A DNA stretch of 64,000 nucleotides from Desulfuromonadaceae bacterium (lineage in GTDB: Bacteria > Desulfobacterota > Desulfuromonadia > Desulfuromonadales > JAAYDE01), in NCBI GenBank assembly GCA_012512925.1, contig JAAZDE010000119.1, forward strand, positions 299 to 64,298, read 5' to 3'. The notes beneath the pieces were generated by a model. It was not told the DNA's origin and ran no database searches. It was given only the letters and a program-made list of their open reading frames with translations. This document shows positions 28,139 to 38,145 of this stretch, piece by piece; the stretch's first letter is position 1, and the number at the start of each line of letters is the position of its first letter. A program made the translations under genes and the position numbers.

Positions 28139-29716
28139 ATGGATAAACCCATGAACCCTGTTAAAAGAGCGTTGATCAGCGTTTCCGACAAGACCGGCGT
28201 GGTCTCCCTGGCCAGAGATCTCGTTTCCCTGGGAGTGGAGATCCTCTCCACCGGCGGCACCGCCGCCCTGCTCCGCAAGGAGCAGGTGCCGGTCATCGAT
28301 GTGGCCGATTTCACCGGCTCCCCCGAGATTCTCGGCGGCAGGGTGAAGACCCTCCATCCCAAGGTTCACGGCGGCATCCTGGCGATGCGCGGCAATCCCG
28401 ATCATCAGCGCCAGATGGAGGAGAACGGCATCCTCCCCATCGACATGGTCGTGGTCAATCTCTATCCTTTCGAAGCGACGGTGGCCAAAGAAAACTGCTC
28501 CCTGGAAGAGGCTATCGAAAACATCGACATCGGCGGACCGACCATGCTGCGCAGCGCCGCCAAGAACCACCGCGACGTGGCGGTGGTGGTCGATCCCGCC
28601 GACTATGCCGCCGTTCTCGCCGAACTGAGGGAAGGGCAGGGGGTGCTGGCGGCAAAAACCCTGTTCCGCCTGGCGGTCAAGGTCTACCAGCACACCGCTG
28701 CCTACGACGCGGCGATCTCCAACTACTTCGGCTGCCGTCTCGGGGAGGAGATCGAGGAGTACCCCGAAACCTTCACCCTGCAGGTGCGCAAGGCGCAGAA
28801 TCTGCGCTACGGCGAGAACCCCCACCAGAGCGCCGCTTTCTACGTCGAAAGCGGACTCCGGGAAGCCTCCATAGCCACCGCCCGCCAGATCCAGGGCAAG
28901 GAACTCTCCTACAACAATATCGGCGACACCGACGCGGCCCTCGAGTGCGTCAAGCAGTTCACCGAGGGGCCGGCCTGCGTTATCGTCAAACACGCCAACC
29001 CCTGCGGGGCGGCCTACGGCGCCAACCTGCTCGACGCCTACCAGCGGGCCTTCGCCACCGATCCCGAATCGGCTTTCGGCGGCATCATCGCCTGCAACGG
29101 CGAACTGGAAGCCGCCACCGTTGAGGCGATCCTCGCCAGGCAGTTCGTCGAGGTGATCATCGCCCCCAAGGTCACCGCCGAAGCGGCGGCGGTCGCCGCC
29201 GCCAAGAAGAACGTACGCCTGCTCGAGTGCGGCCCCTGGCCGGCATCTCCCGCCAGGCGCCTCGAATTCAAGCGCGTCAACGGCGGACTGCTGATTCAGC
29301 AGGCCGATTTGGAACTGCTGTCCGAGAACCGCGTCGTCACCGAACGGCAGCCGAGCGCCAAGGAGATGGAAGATCTTCTCTTCACCTGGCGGGTGGCCAA
29401 GTTCGTCAAGAGCAACGCCATCGTCTACGGCAAGGACCGCATGACCATCGGCGTCGGCGCCGGCCAGATGAGCCGGGTCAATTCGGCGCGCATCGCCGCC
29501 ATCAAGGCCGGGCAAGCCGGGCTCGACGTCAAGGGGTCGGTGATGGCCTCCGACGCCTTCTTCCCTTTCCGCGACGGCATCGACGCCGCCGCCAAGGCCG
29601 GGGTCAGCGCCATAATCCAGCCCGGCGGTTCGATCCGCGACGAGGAAACCATTCAGGCCGCCAACGAGCACGGCATCGCCATGGTGTTCACCGGCATGCG
29701 CCATTTCCGCCACTGA
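28139..29716 (+). CDS. purH: Bifunctional AICAR transformylase / IMP cyclohydrolase
   Basis: [50 protein letters not shown]-terminal [33 protein letters not shown]. Confidence 0.96.
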   Translation: MDKPMNPVKRALISVSDKTGVVSLARDLVSLGVEILSTGGTAALLRKEQVPVIDVADFTGSPEILGGRVKTLHPKVHGGILAMRGNPDHQRQMEENGILPIDMVVVNLYPFEATVAKENCSLEEAIENIDIGGPTMLRSAAKNHRDVAVVVDPADYAAVLAELREGQGVLAAKTLFRLAVKVYQHTAAYDAAISNYFGCRLGEEIEEYPETFTLQVRKAQNLRYGENPHQSAAFYVESGLREASIATARQIQGKELSYNNIGDTDAALECVKQFTEGPACVIVKHANPCGAAYGANLLDAYQRAFATDPESAFGGIIACNGELEAATVEAILARQFVEVIIAPKVTAEAAAVAAAKKNVRLLECGPWPASPARRLEFKRVNGGLLIQQADLELLSENRVVTERQPSAKEMEDLLFTWRVAKFVKSNAIVYGKDRMTIGVGAGQMSRVNSARIAAIKAGQAGLDVKGSVMASDAFFPFRDGIDAAAKAGVSAIIQPGGSIRDEETIQAANEHGIAMVFTGMRHFRH

Positions 29717-29730
29717 GAAACGGTTTGCCG

Positions 29731-30657
29731 ATGACGTCAAAAAAAACCGAGCGGGAAAGCCAATCCTATGAGCGGCTACGGCATCTCCTCGCCAGGCTGG
29801 AGGGATTGGTGGCGAAGGGGGAGCATCTGCTTGCCCGGTTCGATCCCCCCATCGCGCCCGGGGATGACCTTTTCGCCGACCATATCGCTTTCCGCTGGGA
29901 GCGCGAAGGGCGGGGAGGCTTCTTCCGTATCATCGAGCATCCCGATCTGGTGGATCATGGCGATCTGCATGGCATCGGGCCCGCCCTGGAGCCGCTCAAC
30001 CGCAACACCCTCCAGTTCGTGCGCGGTTTTCCGGCCAACAACGTGCTGTTGTGGGGGGAGCGGGGGAACGGCAAGTCTTCGGCGATCCGCGGCCTGCTGA
30101 CGGCTTTCGCCGGGGAAGGGCTGCGTCTCATCGAGGTACGCAAGGAGGATCTGTGGCAGCTCCACGCCATTACCGCCCTGCTGCGGGGGCGGCTTTATCG
30201 CTTTATCCTGTTCTGCGACGATCTCTCCTTCGACGAGTCGGAAATATCCTACCGGGAGCTGAAGGCGATTCTCGACGGCGGCCTGGAGGTGCGTCCTCAA
30301 AACGTCCTGATCTATGCCACCAGCAACCGCCGCCATCTGCTGCCCGAACATTTCGCCGAGAACTACACCGGCGGGGAGATCCACCCTCAGGAGGCGGTTT
30401 CCGAAAAGATTTCCCTGTCCGACCGCTTCGGACTGCGGCTCGGCTTCTATCCCATGGAGCGCCAGGTCTATCTGGAGATTGTCCGGGACCTGGCGAAGCG
30501 CCGCGGGCTGCGCATCTCCCGAAAAGAGCTGGACGCCGAAGCGGAGCGCTGGGGTCTGCGGCAGGGGGGGCGTTCGGGGCGCACCGCGCGGCAGTTCATC
30601 GACGATCTCAGCGGCCGGCTGGCCCTGGGGAAACGGGCCGACCTTCTTGACTTATGA
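29731..30657 (+). CDS. DUF815-type AAA+ ATPase (COG2607-like)
   Basis: ATG at 29731, 14 nt after the purH stop. Walker A in NNVLLWGERGNGKSSAIRGLL, Walker B-like FILFCDDLSFDE, and YATSNRRHL. The 168-codon N-terminal extension in the track overlaps purH out of frame and is Arg/Gly-rich. Confidence 0.75.
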   Translation: MTSKKTERESQSYERLRHLLARLEGLVAKGEHLLARFDPPIAPGDDLFADHIAFRWEREGRGGFFRIIEHPDLVDHGDLHGIGPALEPLNRNTLQFVRGFPANNVLLWGERGNGKSSAIRGLLTAFAGEGLRLIEVRKEDLWQLHAITALLRGRLYRFILFCDDLSFDESEISYRELKAILDGGLEVRPQNVLIYATSNRRHLLPEHFAENYTGGEIHPQEAVSEKISLSDRFGLRLGFYPMERQVYLEIVRDLAKRRGLRISRKELDAEAERWGLRQGGRSGRTARQFIDDLSGRLALGKRADLLDL

Positions 30658-30702
30658 GCCGGGGGATGATAGTAACATCCCGATTAATAAACACAACTCG
30701 AG

Positions 30703-31122
30703 GTGACTATGGAAAGAACACTGGCCATTATCAAACCGGACGCCTTCGCGGCCGGGAATGCGGGCAAGATCATCTCCCGCATCTATCAGGAAGGTTTCCG
30801 CATCGTGGGGATGAAGAAACTGTTTCTGAGCAAGGTGGAGGCGGAGGGCTTTTACGCCGTCCATCGCGAGCGCCCCTTTTTCGCAGAACTGACCGACTTC
30901 ATGAGCCGGGGACCCTGTGTGGTCATGGCTCTGGAGGCGGATAACGCCATCCGCCGCTGGCGGGATGTGATGGGCGCCACCAATCCGGCTCAGGCGGCAG
31001 CGGGCACGCTGCGCCAGGAGTTCGGGGCCTCCATCGGCGAAAACGCTACCCACGGCTCCGATGCTCCCGAAACCGCCGCTTTCGAGATCGCCTATTTCTT
31101 TGCCGGCGTGGAACTGCTGTAG
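30703..31122 (+). CDS. ndk: Nucleoside-diphosphate kinase
   Basis: [24 protein letters not shown]...[11 protein letters not shown]...[20 protein letters not shown]. Confidence 0.95.
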   Translation: MTMERTLAIIKPDAFAAGNAGKIISRIYQEGFRIVGMKKLFLSKVEAEGFYAVHRERPFFAELTDFMSRGPCVVMALEADNAIRRWRDVMGATNPAQAAAGTLRQEFGASIGENATHGSDAPETAAFEIAYFFAGVELL

Positions 31123-31201
31123 AATTTCGCCGCGGCGGGGGAAAAGCCTTTCCCTGGGGGGCGATCCGACCGGGGCGGCGTCTTTGCAGGTTGTGTGCGG
31201 G

Positions 31202-31237
31202 AAGCCCTTCGGATATACTCCTCCGAAGGGCTTTTTT
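31202..31237 (+). terminator. Rho-independent terminator after ndk
   Basis: Perfect 12-bp stem AAGCCCTTCGGA / TCCGAAGGGCTT with loop TATACTCC, then a T6 run. Confidence 0.8.
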
Positions 31238-31280
31238 AATGAATCCAAGGGATTTTAAAACCTCCCGCAATCCGCTTCGA

Positions 31281-32351
31281 ATGAAAATCCGACAAAAGAT
31301 CGACATCAAAAATCTGACTCTGGACGATTTGACCGAGCTGCTGGGCGGGTTGGGCAAGGAGCGTTTCCGCGCCCGCCAGCTGATGCAGTGGATTTATCGC
31401 CACGGAGTCGTCTCCTTCGACGCCATGACCACCCTGTCCAAGGAGTTCCGCCGCGAGTTGGCGCAGATCGCCTTCATCTCCACCCTGACGCCGCAGGTGG
31501 TCGAGGAGAGCCGCGACGGGACCCGCAAGTTTCTGTTCCTCCTCGGGGACGGAGAGAGCATCGAGGCGGTGCGCATTCCCATGGACAAGGAACGCGCCAC
31601 CCTCTGTGTCTCCACCCAGGTCGGCTGCGCCATGGGCTGTGCCTTCTGCCTCACCGGGACCCTGGGCTTGCGGCGGAATCTTGACACGGCGGAGATCGTC
31701 AACCAGGTCTGCGCGGTGATGGCCGAAGAGCCGGTGGGCAATATCGTCTTCATGGGCATGGGCGAGCCGCTGGCCAATTTCGACAACGTGGTCAAGGCCC
31801 TGAATATTCTCCAGATGGAGGAGGGGTTCGATTTCAGTGCCCGCAAACTGACGATTTCCACCTGCGGCCTGGTCCCGGAGATGAAGCGTTTCGGAGAAGG
31901 CTGCTCGGTGGGACTGGCGGTCTCCCTCAACGCCGCCACCGACGAGGTGCGCGACCGGCTGATGCCGGTCAACCGGCGCTATCCGCTGGCGCAGCTGATG
32001 GCCGCCTGCCGGGGATTCCCCCTCAAACAGCGCCAGCGCATCACCTTCGAATACATCCTTATCCAGGAAGTGAACGACTCGCTGGAGGATGCGCGGCGCC
32101 TGGTCCGTCTGTTGCATGGGGTCAAGGCCAAGGTCAATCTGATCCCCTTCAATGAACACCCGGCGAGTTCCTTCCGGCGGCCGCCGGAGGACAGGATCGA
32201 GGCCTTTCAGAAGCATCTGCTCGACCGCGGTCTGGTCGCCGTGCGGCGGGCCTCCAAGGGTGAGGATATCTCGGCGGCTTGCGGCCAGCTCAAGGGGTCC
32301 CGCGAACGCCGCGATGAGGCGGACGGCCTGGATAAAGCGGCTGTCGGCTGA
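31281..32351 (+). CDS. rlmN: 23S rRNA/tRNA (adenine-C2)-methyltransferase, radical SAM
   Basis: [15 protein letters not shown], radical-SAM cluster [27 protein letters not shown], and C-terminal [11 protein letters not shown]. The ATG at 31281 ([12 protein letters not shown]) is chosen because 31191 and 31239 would overlap the ndk terminator. The start is uncertain. Confidence 0.88.
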   Translation: MKIRQKIDIKNLTLDDLTELLGGLGKERFRARQLMQWIYRHGVVSFDAMTTLSKEFRRELAQIAFISTLTPQVVEESRDGTRKFLFLLGDGESIEAVRIPMDKERATLCVSTQVGCAMGCAFCLTGTLGLRRNLDTAEIVNQVCAVMAEEPVGNIVFMGMGEPLANFDNVVKALNILQMEEGFDFSARKLTISTCGLVPEMKRFGEGCSVGLAVSLNAATDEVRDRLMPVNRRYPLAQLMAACRGFPLKQRQRITFEYILIQEVNDSLEDARRLVRLLHGVKAKVNLIPFNEHPASSFRRPPEDRIEAFQKHLLDRGLVAVRRASKGEDISAACGQLKGSRERRDEADGLDKAAVG

Positions 32352-32378
32352 TTTTTGTGATATGACGGAGGAATATTG

Positions 32379-33242
32379 ATGGCGGAAAGGGTTGTGGGGA
32401 TTATCGGCGGCAGCGGTCTTTATGAAATCGATGGTCTGACCGGGATGCAGGAACTGGAGGTGACGACCCCTTTCGGCCCTCCCTCCGACCGTATCGTCAG
32501 CGGCACTCTGGGGGGGGTCCGGCTGGTGTTTCTCCCCCGTCATGGCCGGGGCCATCGGCTGCTTCCCTCCGAGATTCCTTATCGGGCCAACATCTATGCC
32601 CTGAAGAAACTCGGGGCGGAGCGGGTGATTTCGGTGTCCGCCGTCGGCAGCATGAAGGAGAACGTGGCGCCCGGCGAGGTGCTGATCCCCGATCAGTTTT
32701 TCGACCGCACCCAGAAACGGGACAATACTTTTTTCGGCGACGGCCTGGTCGCCCATGTGTCGCTGGCCGATCCGGTCTGCCCCGAACTTTCCGCGATCCT
32801 TCATGAGGCCGCCGGCGAGGCGGGGGCGGTGGCCCATCGCGGCGGCACCTATCTGTGCATCGAGGGGCCGGCTTTCTCGACCCGGGCCGAATCGCGCATC
32901 TTCCGCACCTGGGGGGTCGACGTCATCGGCATGACCAATCTTCCCGAGGCACGGCTGGCGCGGGAGGCCGAGCTCTGTTACGCCACCCTGGCCATGGTCA
33001 CCGATTACGACTGCTGGCACGACGAACACGAGGATGTGACCGCGGAAGCGATTCTGGCGACCTTTCAGCGCAACGTGATCCTGGCGCGAAGGATTGTTGC
33101 CAACGCGGTCGACAAATTGGGCGGCGCACCCTCCTGCGCTTGCGGCAGCGCCCTCAACAACACCTGCATATCTTTGAGAGAAACCATTCCCGCCGCCACG
33201 CTTCAGCGGCTGGAACTTCTGGTCGGCAAATACTTTCGATGA
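32379..33242 (+). CDS. mtnP: S-methyl-5'-thioadenosine phosphorylase
   Basis: VGIIGGSGLYEI...TPFGPPSD...VFLPRHGRGHRLLPSEIPYRANIYALKKLGAERVISVSAVGS...GMTNLPEARLAREAELCYATLAMVTDYDCW. RBS GGAGGAA. Confidence 0.9.
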   Translation: MAERVVGIIGGSGLYEIDGLTGMQELEVTTPFGPPSDRIVSGTLGGVRLVFLPRHGRGHRLLPSEIPYRANIYALKKLGAERVISVSAVGSMKENVAPGEVLIPDQFFDRTQKRDNTFFGDGLVAHVSLADPVCPELSAILHEAAGEAGAVAHRGGTYLCIEGPAFSTRAESRIFRTWGVDVIGMTNLPEARLAREAELCYATLAMVTDYDCWHDEHEDVTAEAILATFQRNVILARRIVANAVDKLGGAPSCACGSALNNTCISLRETIPAATLQRLELLVGKYFR

Positions 33243-33283
33243 CGTTATCATGACCGCCTGCTGGATAGGCGGAGGGAGTCAGA

Positions 33284-34195
33284 ATGAGCATTCTGGTGGT
33301 CGGTTCGGTGGCCTTTGATTCGGTGGAAACGCCCTTCGGCAAGGTCGAAGAGGTTCTGGGGGGATCGGGGACCTATTTCAGCACCTCGGCCGGTTTTTTT
33401 ACCGAGGTGCGCCTGGTGGCCGTGGTGGGGGAGGACTTCCCGCAGCGGCATCTCGATTTTCTGGGCTCCCGCAACGTCGATCTCGGGGGGCTGATGCGCG
33501 CTCCGGGGAAGACCTTCCGCTGGAAGGGGCGCTACGGCTACGACCTCAACGAGGCCCATACCCTGGAAACCCAGCTCAATGTGTTCGAACAATTCCAGCC
33601 GGTCATTCCCGCGGCGTGGAGAAAGGCCGAATACCTGTTTCTGGCCAACATCCATCCGGAACTGCAGATGGAGGTGCTGAGGAGCGTCGATACGCCGCGG
33701 GTCGTGGCCTGCGACACGATGAATTTCTGGATCGAAAAGGAACGGCCGGCTCTGCTCGAACTCCTTCCCAAGGTCGATATCCTGATCATCAATGAAGGGG
33801 AGACCCGTCAATTGGGGCAGGAACCCAATATCATCAAGGCCGCCCGGGCGGTTCTGGCCCTGGGGCCCAAGACCCTGATCGTCAAGCGGGGCGAATATGG
33901 GGTGCTGATGTTCCATCAGCATTCGGTTTTCACCGCTCCCGCCTATCCTCTCGAGGAGGTTTTCGATCCCACGGGGGCCGGCGATACCTTCGCCGGGGGG
34001 TTCATGGGTTATCTGGCCTCGACGCACAATGTCACCGAAGGAGGCATTCGCCAGGCGATCATCTTCGGCAACATCATGGCCTCTTTTGCCGTGGAGGATT
34101 TCAGTCTGGAGCGCATGAAGCGTCTCGATTATGGCGAGATCGAAGGGCGTTTCCGGAAATACAGATTGTTGACCGAGTTCCAGGGCTTGGATTGA
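33284..34195 (+). CDS. PfkB-family (ribokinase-like) carbohydrate/nucleoside kinase, substrate unknown
   Basis: MSILVVGSVAFDSVETPFG...GGSGTYFS... and the PfkB signature-2 region DPTGAGDTFAGGFMGYL. Confidence 0.8.
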   Translation: MSILVVGSVAFDSVETPFGKVEEVLGGSGTYFSTSAGFFTEVRLVAVVGEDFPQRHLDFLGSRNVDLGGLMRAPGKTFRWKGRYGYDLNEAHTLETQLNVFEQFQPVIPAAWRKAEYLFLANIHPELQMEVLRSVDTPRVVACDTMNFWIEKERPALLELLPKVDILIINEGETRQLGQEPNIIKAARAVLALGPKTLIVKRGEYGVLMFHQHSVFTAPAYPLEEVFDPTGAGDTFAGGFMGYLASTHNVTEGGIRQAIIFGNIMASFAVEDFSLERMKRLDYGEIEGRFRKYRLLTEFQGLD

Positions 34196-34204
34196 CGGAC
34201 GGCC

Positions 34205-34762
34205 ATGTATTTTTTAACCAAAGAGATCGAAAAGCTGGATGTGCCGTTGGACCGAATCGAATTCCTGTTCTCTGCGATGAACGAGGTGCAGGTGGCCCTG
34301 CCGGGTTTTCCCGGCCAGCGTTCCTCGGCCTATCTCTGCGCTTACGGGGTTTCCGGAGGCTACGAGGCCGTGGCGGTCCTGGTTCTCTTCGAGGTGAGGC
34401 AACTGGCCTTCTACCGTCACAAGGGGGTATCCTCCGCCGGGCAACTGGAGGAGGTGATTCAGATGGGGATCCAATTTGTCGAAGCGATGGGCTTCATGCT
34501 CAACGATCTCGATTTTAAAAATCTTTCCCTTCAGGAAAGGGAGCGGATATGGGATTCATTCCCCCTCGGCAAAGGGAGCGGGGCGATCCCCCGCGCGAGC
34601 GACGCCAAGGCTGCGGCCAAGGATTCCCCCTCTCCTCCTGCCGAGGAGGCGGCTCCGCCGCGGATGCCGCTGCCGGTCGGCAAGGGGCAGGAAGGGGTGC
34701 CTGATTATGAAAAGCGGTTCGAATTGTCCCGCAAGATGGGGCGGCTGCTGGCTTCTTTTTGA
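34205..34762 (+). CDS. Hypothetical protein (185 aa) with Pro/Ala-rich C-terminal region
   Basis: Starts 10 nt after the pfkB-family stop and is co-oriented with it. The N-terminal ~110 aa look globular (MYFLTKEIEKLDVPLDRIEFLFSAMNEV...). I recognise no family. Confidence 0.5.
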   Translation: MYFLTKEIEKLDVPLDRIEFLFSAMNEVQVALPGFPGQRSSAYLCAYGVSGGYEAVAVLVLFEVRQLAFYRHKGVSSAGQLEEVIQMGIQFVEAMGFMLNDLDFKNLSLQERERIWDSFPLGKGSGAIPRASDAKAAAKDSPSPPAEEAAPPRMPLPVGKGQEGVPDYEKRFELSRKMGRLLASF

Positions 34763-34834
34763 TGTAAGGGGCCGATTTCCGTTTTTCGGGGCACACTTTT
34801 TCAGTGTCGGCAGGAAATTTATGGGGGACCTGGC

Positions 34835-35590
34835 ATGAATCGATTTTTCTTATGGAGCAGCATTGTCCTGGTCCTGGCGAGCAATTTTTCGGGTTGCGCC
34901 CCGATACCCGCCGACAAGGGGAAACAGAGTGAAAGCCATTATATCCTGGGGGTTTCCTTTCTCAGGGAGGGGAATCCGACCCTGGCTCTTAAGGAATTTT
35001 TAGCCGCCGAGAGCTACGCCCCCCGGCGTCCCGACATCCAGGACGCGCTGGGTCAGGCTTATCAGCTCAAGAAGTCCTATCCCCAGGCGGAAAAACATTA
35101 TCTGAAGGCTCTGGAACTGAAGCCGGGAGATCCCAACAGCTACAACAACCTGGGCGCTCTCTACCTCGATATGGGGGAATGGGACAAGGCCATCGCCTCT
35201 TTTCAGAAGGCGGCCGGCGATCTGCTGTTCAACAACCCCGAATTTGCCCTGACCGGCATCGGTGTTGCCTGGTTCAACAAGGGTGAGCCCGATCAGGCGC
35301 TGAAATTCTATCAGCGTGCCTTGGAACAGAGGCGATCCTTTGCTCCCGCCCACTATCGTTCCGGCGAGGTTTACCGGCAACGGAAGGAGTATGCCAGGGC
35401 CAGGGAAAGCTATGCGCGGGCCCTGGAATTATCGCCCAACTACGCCTTTGCCCATTATGGCCTCGGGCTGGTCAGCCTGGAGGAGGGGAGGTACGGCGAG
35501 GCCCGGGATTCGTTCCGGAAGGTGGTTTCCCTGAGCGGCGATTCGGACATCGGGGAAGAGGCTCGCCGAATGTTGAAAACGATTCCCTGA
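34835..35590 (+). CDS. TPR-repeat lipoprotein (PilW/PilF-like architecture)
   Basis: Lipoprotein signal MNRFFLWSSIVLVLASNFSGC, followed by about six canonical TPR units (for example AEKHYLKALELKPGDPNSYNNLGALYLDMGEWDKAIASFQKA). Confidence 0.7.
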   Translation: MNRFFLWSSIVLVLASNFSGCAPIPADKGKQSESHYILGVSFLREGNPTLALKEFLAAESYAPRRPDIQDALGQAYQLKKSYPQAEKHYLKALELKPGDPNSYNNLGALYLDMGEWDKAIASFQKAAGDLLFNNPEFALTGIGVAWFNKGEPDQALKFYQRALEQRRSFAPAHYRSGEVYRQRKEYARARESYARALELSPNYAFAHYGLGLVSLEEGRYGEARDSFRKVVSLSGDSDIGEEARRMLKTIP

Positions 35591-35689
35591 TGCAGTGGTC
35601 AGCCGGATCACCGTGCCTTGCCGGGAAAAAGGAGCCATGATTTCTTTCGGCCGGTCGTTCAGGTGCTCCATTCACCATGGTTTTTCGAC

Positions 35690-36523
35690 ATGATCAGATC
35701 CGCCGCCGATCTGCAGCGGGCCGCCGCTGCCGTTCGTTCACGGGCCGGTGGAAAGCCGTTCCACACGGCCGTGGTGCTTGGCTCCGCTTTGGGGGCCAAC
35801 CCTCTCTACCCCCCGTTCGATACCCTTTCCTACCGGGATTTGCCGGGTTTTCCCCAGGTTTCCGTGGCCGGACATGGCGGTTTTCTGGCCTTGGGCGCAC
35901 CGGGGAACCGGGGCCTCCTCCAGTTCTGCGGCCGTTTTCATCTCTACGAAGGTTTTACCTCCTGGGAGACCGCCGCCACGGTTCGTCTCGCCGCCCTGCT
36001 CGGCTGCCGCCGGGTGCTGCTGACCAACGCCTCGGGGGCTGTCAACCCGGACCTGCGTCCCGGGGATCCCTTGTTCATCTGCGATCACCTCAATCTTCAG
36101 GGGGACAACCCTCTGATCGGCAAGCCGGAGGCCTTTGTCGATCTCTCCCGCACCTATGAGCTTTCCCTGTTCCCGCCGCTGGCCGCCGCCCTCGGGGAGG
36201 AAGGGATCGTTTTGCGGCAGGGGGTGCTGGCCGCCCTTTCCGGCCCCTCCTATGAAACCCCCGCCGAGGTGCGCCTTCTGCGCCGGATGGGGGCCGACGC
36301 GGTGTCGATGTCGACCGTGGCGGAGGCGATTGTCGGCAAGTATCTCGGTCTCGAGGTGGCGGCTCTTTCCTTTGTCGCCAACATGGCGGCGGGAGTCGGC
36401 GGCGAGTCCTTGAGTCATGAGGAGGTATTGAGGCGGGTTTCCCTTGACGGAGAGAGGTTCGGCCGGGTGGTGCGCCGGCTGATTGAACTCTGGGAGCCCT
36501 GGGAGAGCGTGAAAATATCCTAA
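35690..36523 (+). CDS. punA: Purine-nucleoside phosphorylase (trimeric PNP/PunA type)
   Basis: GHGGFLALG...GRFHLYEG...LLTNASGAVNP...GPSYETPAEVRLLRRMGADAVSMSTVAEAIVGKYLGLEVAALSFVANMAAG. The ATG at 35690 is preferred (MIRSAADLQRAAAAV). Confidence 0.85.
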   Translation: MIRSAADLQRAAAAVRSRAGGKPFHTAVVLGSALGANPLYPPFDTLSYRDLPGFPQVSVAGHGGFLALGAPGNRGLLQFCGRFHLYEGFTSWETAATVRLAALLGCRRVLLTNASGAVNPDLRPGDPLFICDHLNLQGDNPLIGKPEAFVDLSRTYELSLFPPLAAALGEEGIVLRQGVLAALSGPSYETPAEVRLLRRMGADAVSMSTVAEAIVGKYLGLEVAALSFVANMAAGVGGESLSHEEVLRRVSLDGERFGRVVRRLIELWEPWESVKIS

Positions 36524-36566
36524 ATTAAACAATAAAAACAATATTTTATATTAAAATCGGGGTTTC

Positions 36567-36594
36567 TTGACAGCTGTACGGCGAGTGTTAAAAT
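36567..36594 (+). promoter_or_regulatory. Candidate sigma-70 promoter with AT-rich UP-like region
   Basis: TTGACA (36567-36572), 16-nt spacer, TAAAAT (36589-36594). An A/T tract AAACAATAAAAACAATATTTTATATTAAAAT lies upstream. Confidence 0.5.
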
Positions 36595-36627
36595 TGCAGG
36601 AAAAATAGGACGGGAAGAGGAGTTGGG

Positions 36628-37005
36628 GTGGCCAAGATCGAAACCATTCTTGTTGTGGATGATGAAAAGAACACCTGCTCGGGCCTGAAGACCCTCCTGG
36701 GTCGGGAAGGATATCGGGTGGAATGCGTCCATAACGGTCAGGAAGGGCTGAATTTCCTGAAGGAAAACTCGGCCCAGCTGATCATCAGCGACATCCGTAT
36801 GCCGGGGATGGACGGTTTGTCCTTTATCGGTTGTCTCAGGGAGGAACATCCCGATGTCCGGGTGATCGTCATGACCGCTTTCGGAGGCCTCGATTCCTAT
36901 ATCGAGGCAATGAAAAAAGGCGCCGTCGAATATATAATGAAACCCCTGAAGATGAATGAGTTGAAGATGATCATTCAGAGGCTGGAGGCCGGCTCCATCG
37001 CCTGA
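36628..37005 (+). CDS. Single-domain response regulator (CheY-like receiver)
   Basis: GTG start after GAAGAGGAG. ILVVDDEKNTCSGL...LIISDIRMPGMDG...VIVMTAFG...GAVEYIMKPL with the conserved DD, D and K residues. Confidence 0.88.
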   Translation: MAKIETILVVDDEKNTCSGLKTLLGREGYRVECVHNGQEGLNFLKENSAQLIISDIRMPGMDGLSFIGCLREEHPDVRVIVMTAFGGLDSYIEAMKKGAVEYIMKPLKMNELKMIIQRLEAGSIA

Positions 37006-37033
37006 CTGGGACGATTTCCCCAAGGAGTGAAAA

Positions 37034-37483
37034 ATGAAGGAATTCAAAACAATCGTTTTTGCCACCGACTTCTCCGAGAACTCCGACTACGCCTTCGAGT
37101 ATGCGATCAGCATCTCCGAGAAGTACCACGCCAGGCTGGTTCTGGTCCACGTGGTCAGCGAACCCTTGAGCTTCAACGGCTTCTACGTCCCGCACATTTC
37201 CTTCGAAAAGCTGGAGGAGGAACTCAGGGAGGGCGCCAGGAGGATGATGGACCGTTTCTGCGAGGTTCATCTCAAGGGGTTTGAAAACTACGAATCCCAT
37301 ATTCTGCGGGGACTTCCCTTCGACCAGATCATCAAGAAAGCCGAGGAAGTCGAGGCCGACATGATTCTTCTCGGCACCCACGGGCGGACCGGCCTCGACC
37401 ACGTCATCTTTGGCAGCACCGCGGAAAAAGTGGTGCGCAAATCACCGATCCCCGTCATGACCATCCGCATGGGCAAAAAGTAA
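37034..37483 (+). CDS. Universal stress protein (UspA family)
   Basis: FKTIVFATDFSENSDYAFEYA...LVLVHVV...DMILLGTHGRTGLDHVIFGSTAEKVVRKSPIPVMTI. Confidence 0.88.
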   Translation: MKEFKTIVFATDFSENSDYAFEYAISISEKYHARLVLVHVVSEPLSFNGFYVPHISFEKLEEELREGARRMMDRFCEVHLKGFENYESHILRGLPFDQIIKKAEEVEADMILLGTHGRTGLDHVIFGSTAEKVVRKSPIPVMTIRMGKK

Positions 37484-37525
37484 GGCGCCCATCGTTTTTT
37501 TGTCGCCGATTCAACCAACGTTCAA

Positions 37526-37549
37526 GGGGGCGGAACCGCCCCCTTTTTG
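37526..37549 (+). terminator. Intrinsic terminator after usp (shared convergent spacer with mntP)
   Basis: GGGGGCGG AA CCGCCCCC hairpin followed by TTTTTG. Confidence 0.7.
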
Positions 37550-37566
37550 TCGATGTCCGCCGTCCG

Positions 37567-38145
37567 CTACAGGGGCAGCACGCCATGCTCCCAGAGGATG
37601 TGGAAACCGATCAGAAGCAGCACCACCCCTCCGACGATCTCCCCGCAATGGCTGAATCGCGACAGCTTGCCGATCCGGGAGCCGATGGTCATGCCCATTA
37701 AAGTGAAGAGTCCGGCCACCACACCGATGACGATGGCCGGGGTCCAGATGGAGATCTGCAGCAGGGAAAGGCTCAGCCCGATGGCCAGAGCGTCAATGCT
37801 GGTGGCCAGGGAGAGGACAATCAGGGACAGGCCGCGGGTCGGATCCCTTTTTTCCGCCGCGGTTTCTTTCTCCAGGCCAAGAGCCTGGCGGATCATGTTG
37901 CACCCGACCAGGGCGAGGAGGGCGAAGGCGATCCAGTGATCGTAGTCTTCGATCTGCCGGCGCACGGTCAGGCCCACGGTCCACCCCAATACCGGCATCA
38001 GCGCCTGGAACAGGCCGAAGTGCCAGGACAGGCGGAAAAACTGGCGGAAGGAGACACTCCTCAGCGATGTTCCGACGACGATGGCGACGGCAAAGGCGTC
38101 CATCGCCAGGGCCACGGCGATTCCCAGCAGTTTGACCAGGGCCAT
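37567..38145 (-). CDS. mntP: Manganese efflux pump MntP
   Basis: MALVKLLGIAVALAMDAFAVAIVVG and the second-half repeat LSLATSIDALAIGLS, which form the DUF204 duplicated architecture. Confidence 0.85.
   Translation of the reverse strand: MALVKLLGIAVALAMDAFAVAIVVGTSLRSVSFRQFFRLSWHFGLFQALMPVLGWTVGLTVRRQIEDYDHWIAFALLALVGCNMIRQALGLEKETAAEKRDPTRGLSLIVLSLATSIDALAIGLSLSLLQISIWTPAIVIGVVAGLFTLMGMTIGSRIGKLSRFSHCGEIVGGVVLLLIGFHILWEHGVLPL

Noticed and set aside
29227-29730. The 168-codon N-terminal extension of the DUF815 ATPase ORF (track ORF 29227..30657), overlapping purH.
   Set aside because: The extension is out of frame with and inside purH and is Arg/Gly/Pro-rich. A proper ATG at 29731 directly follows the purH stop.
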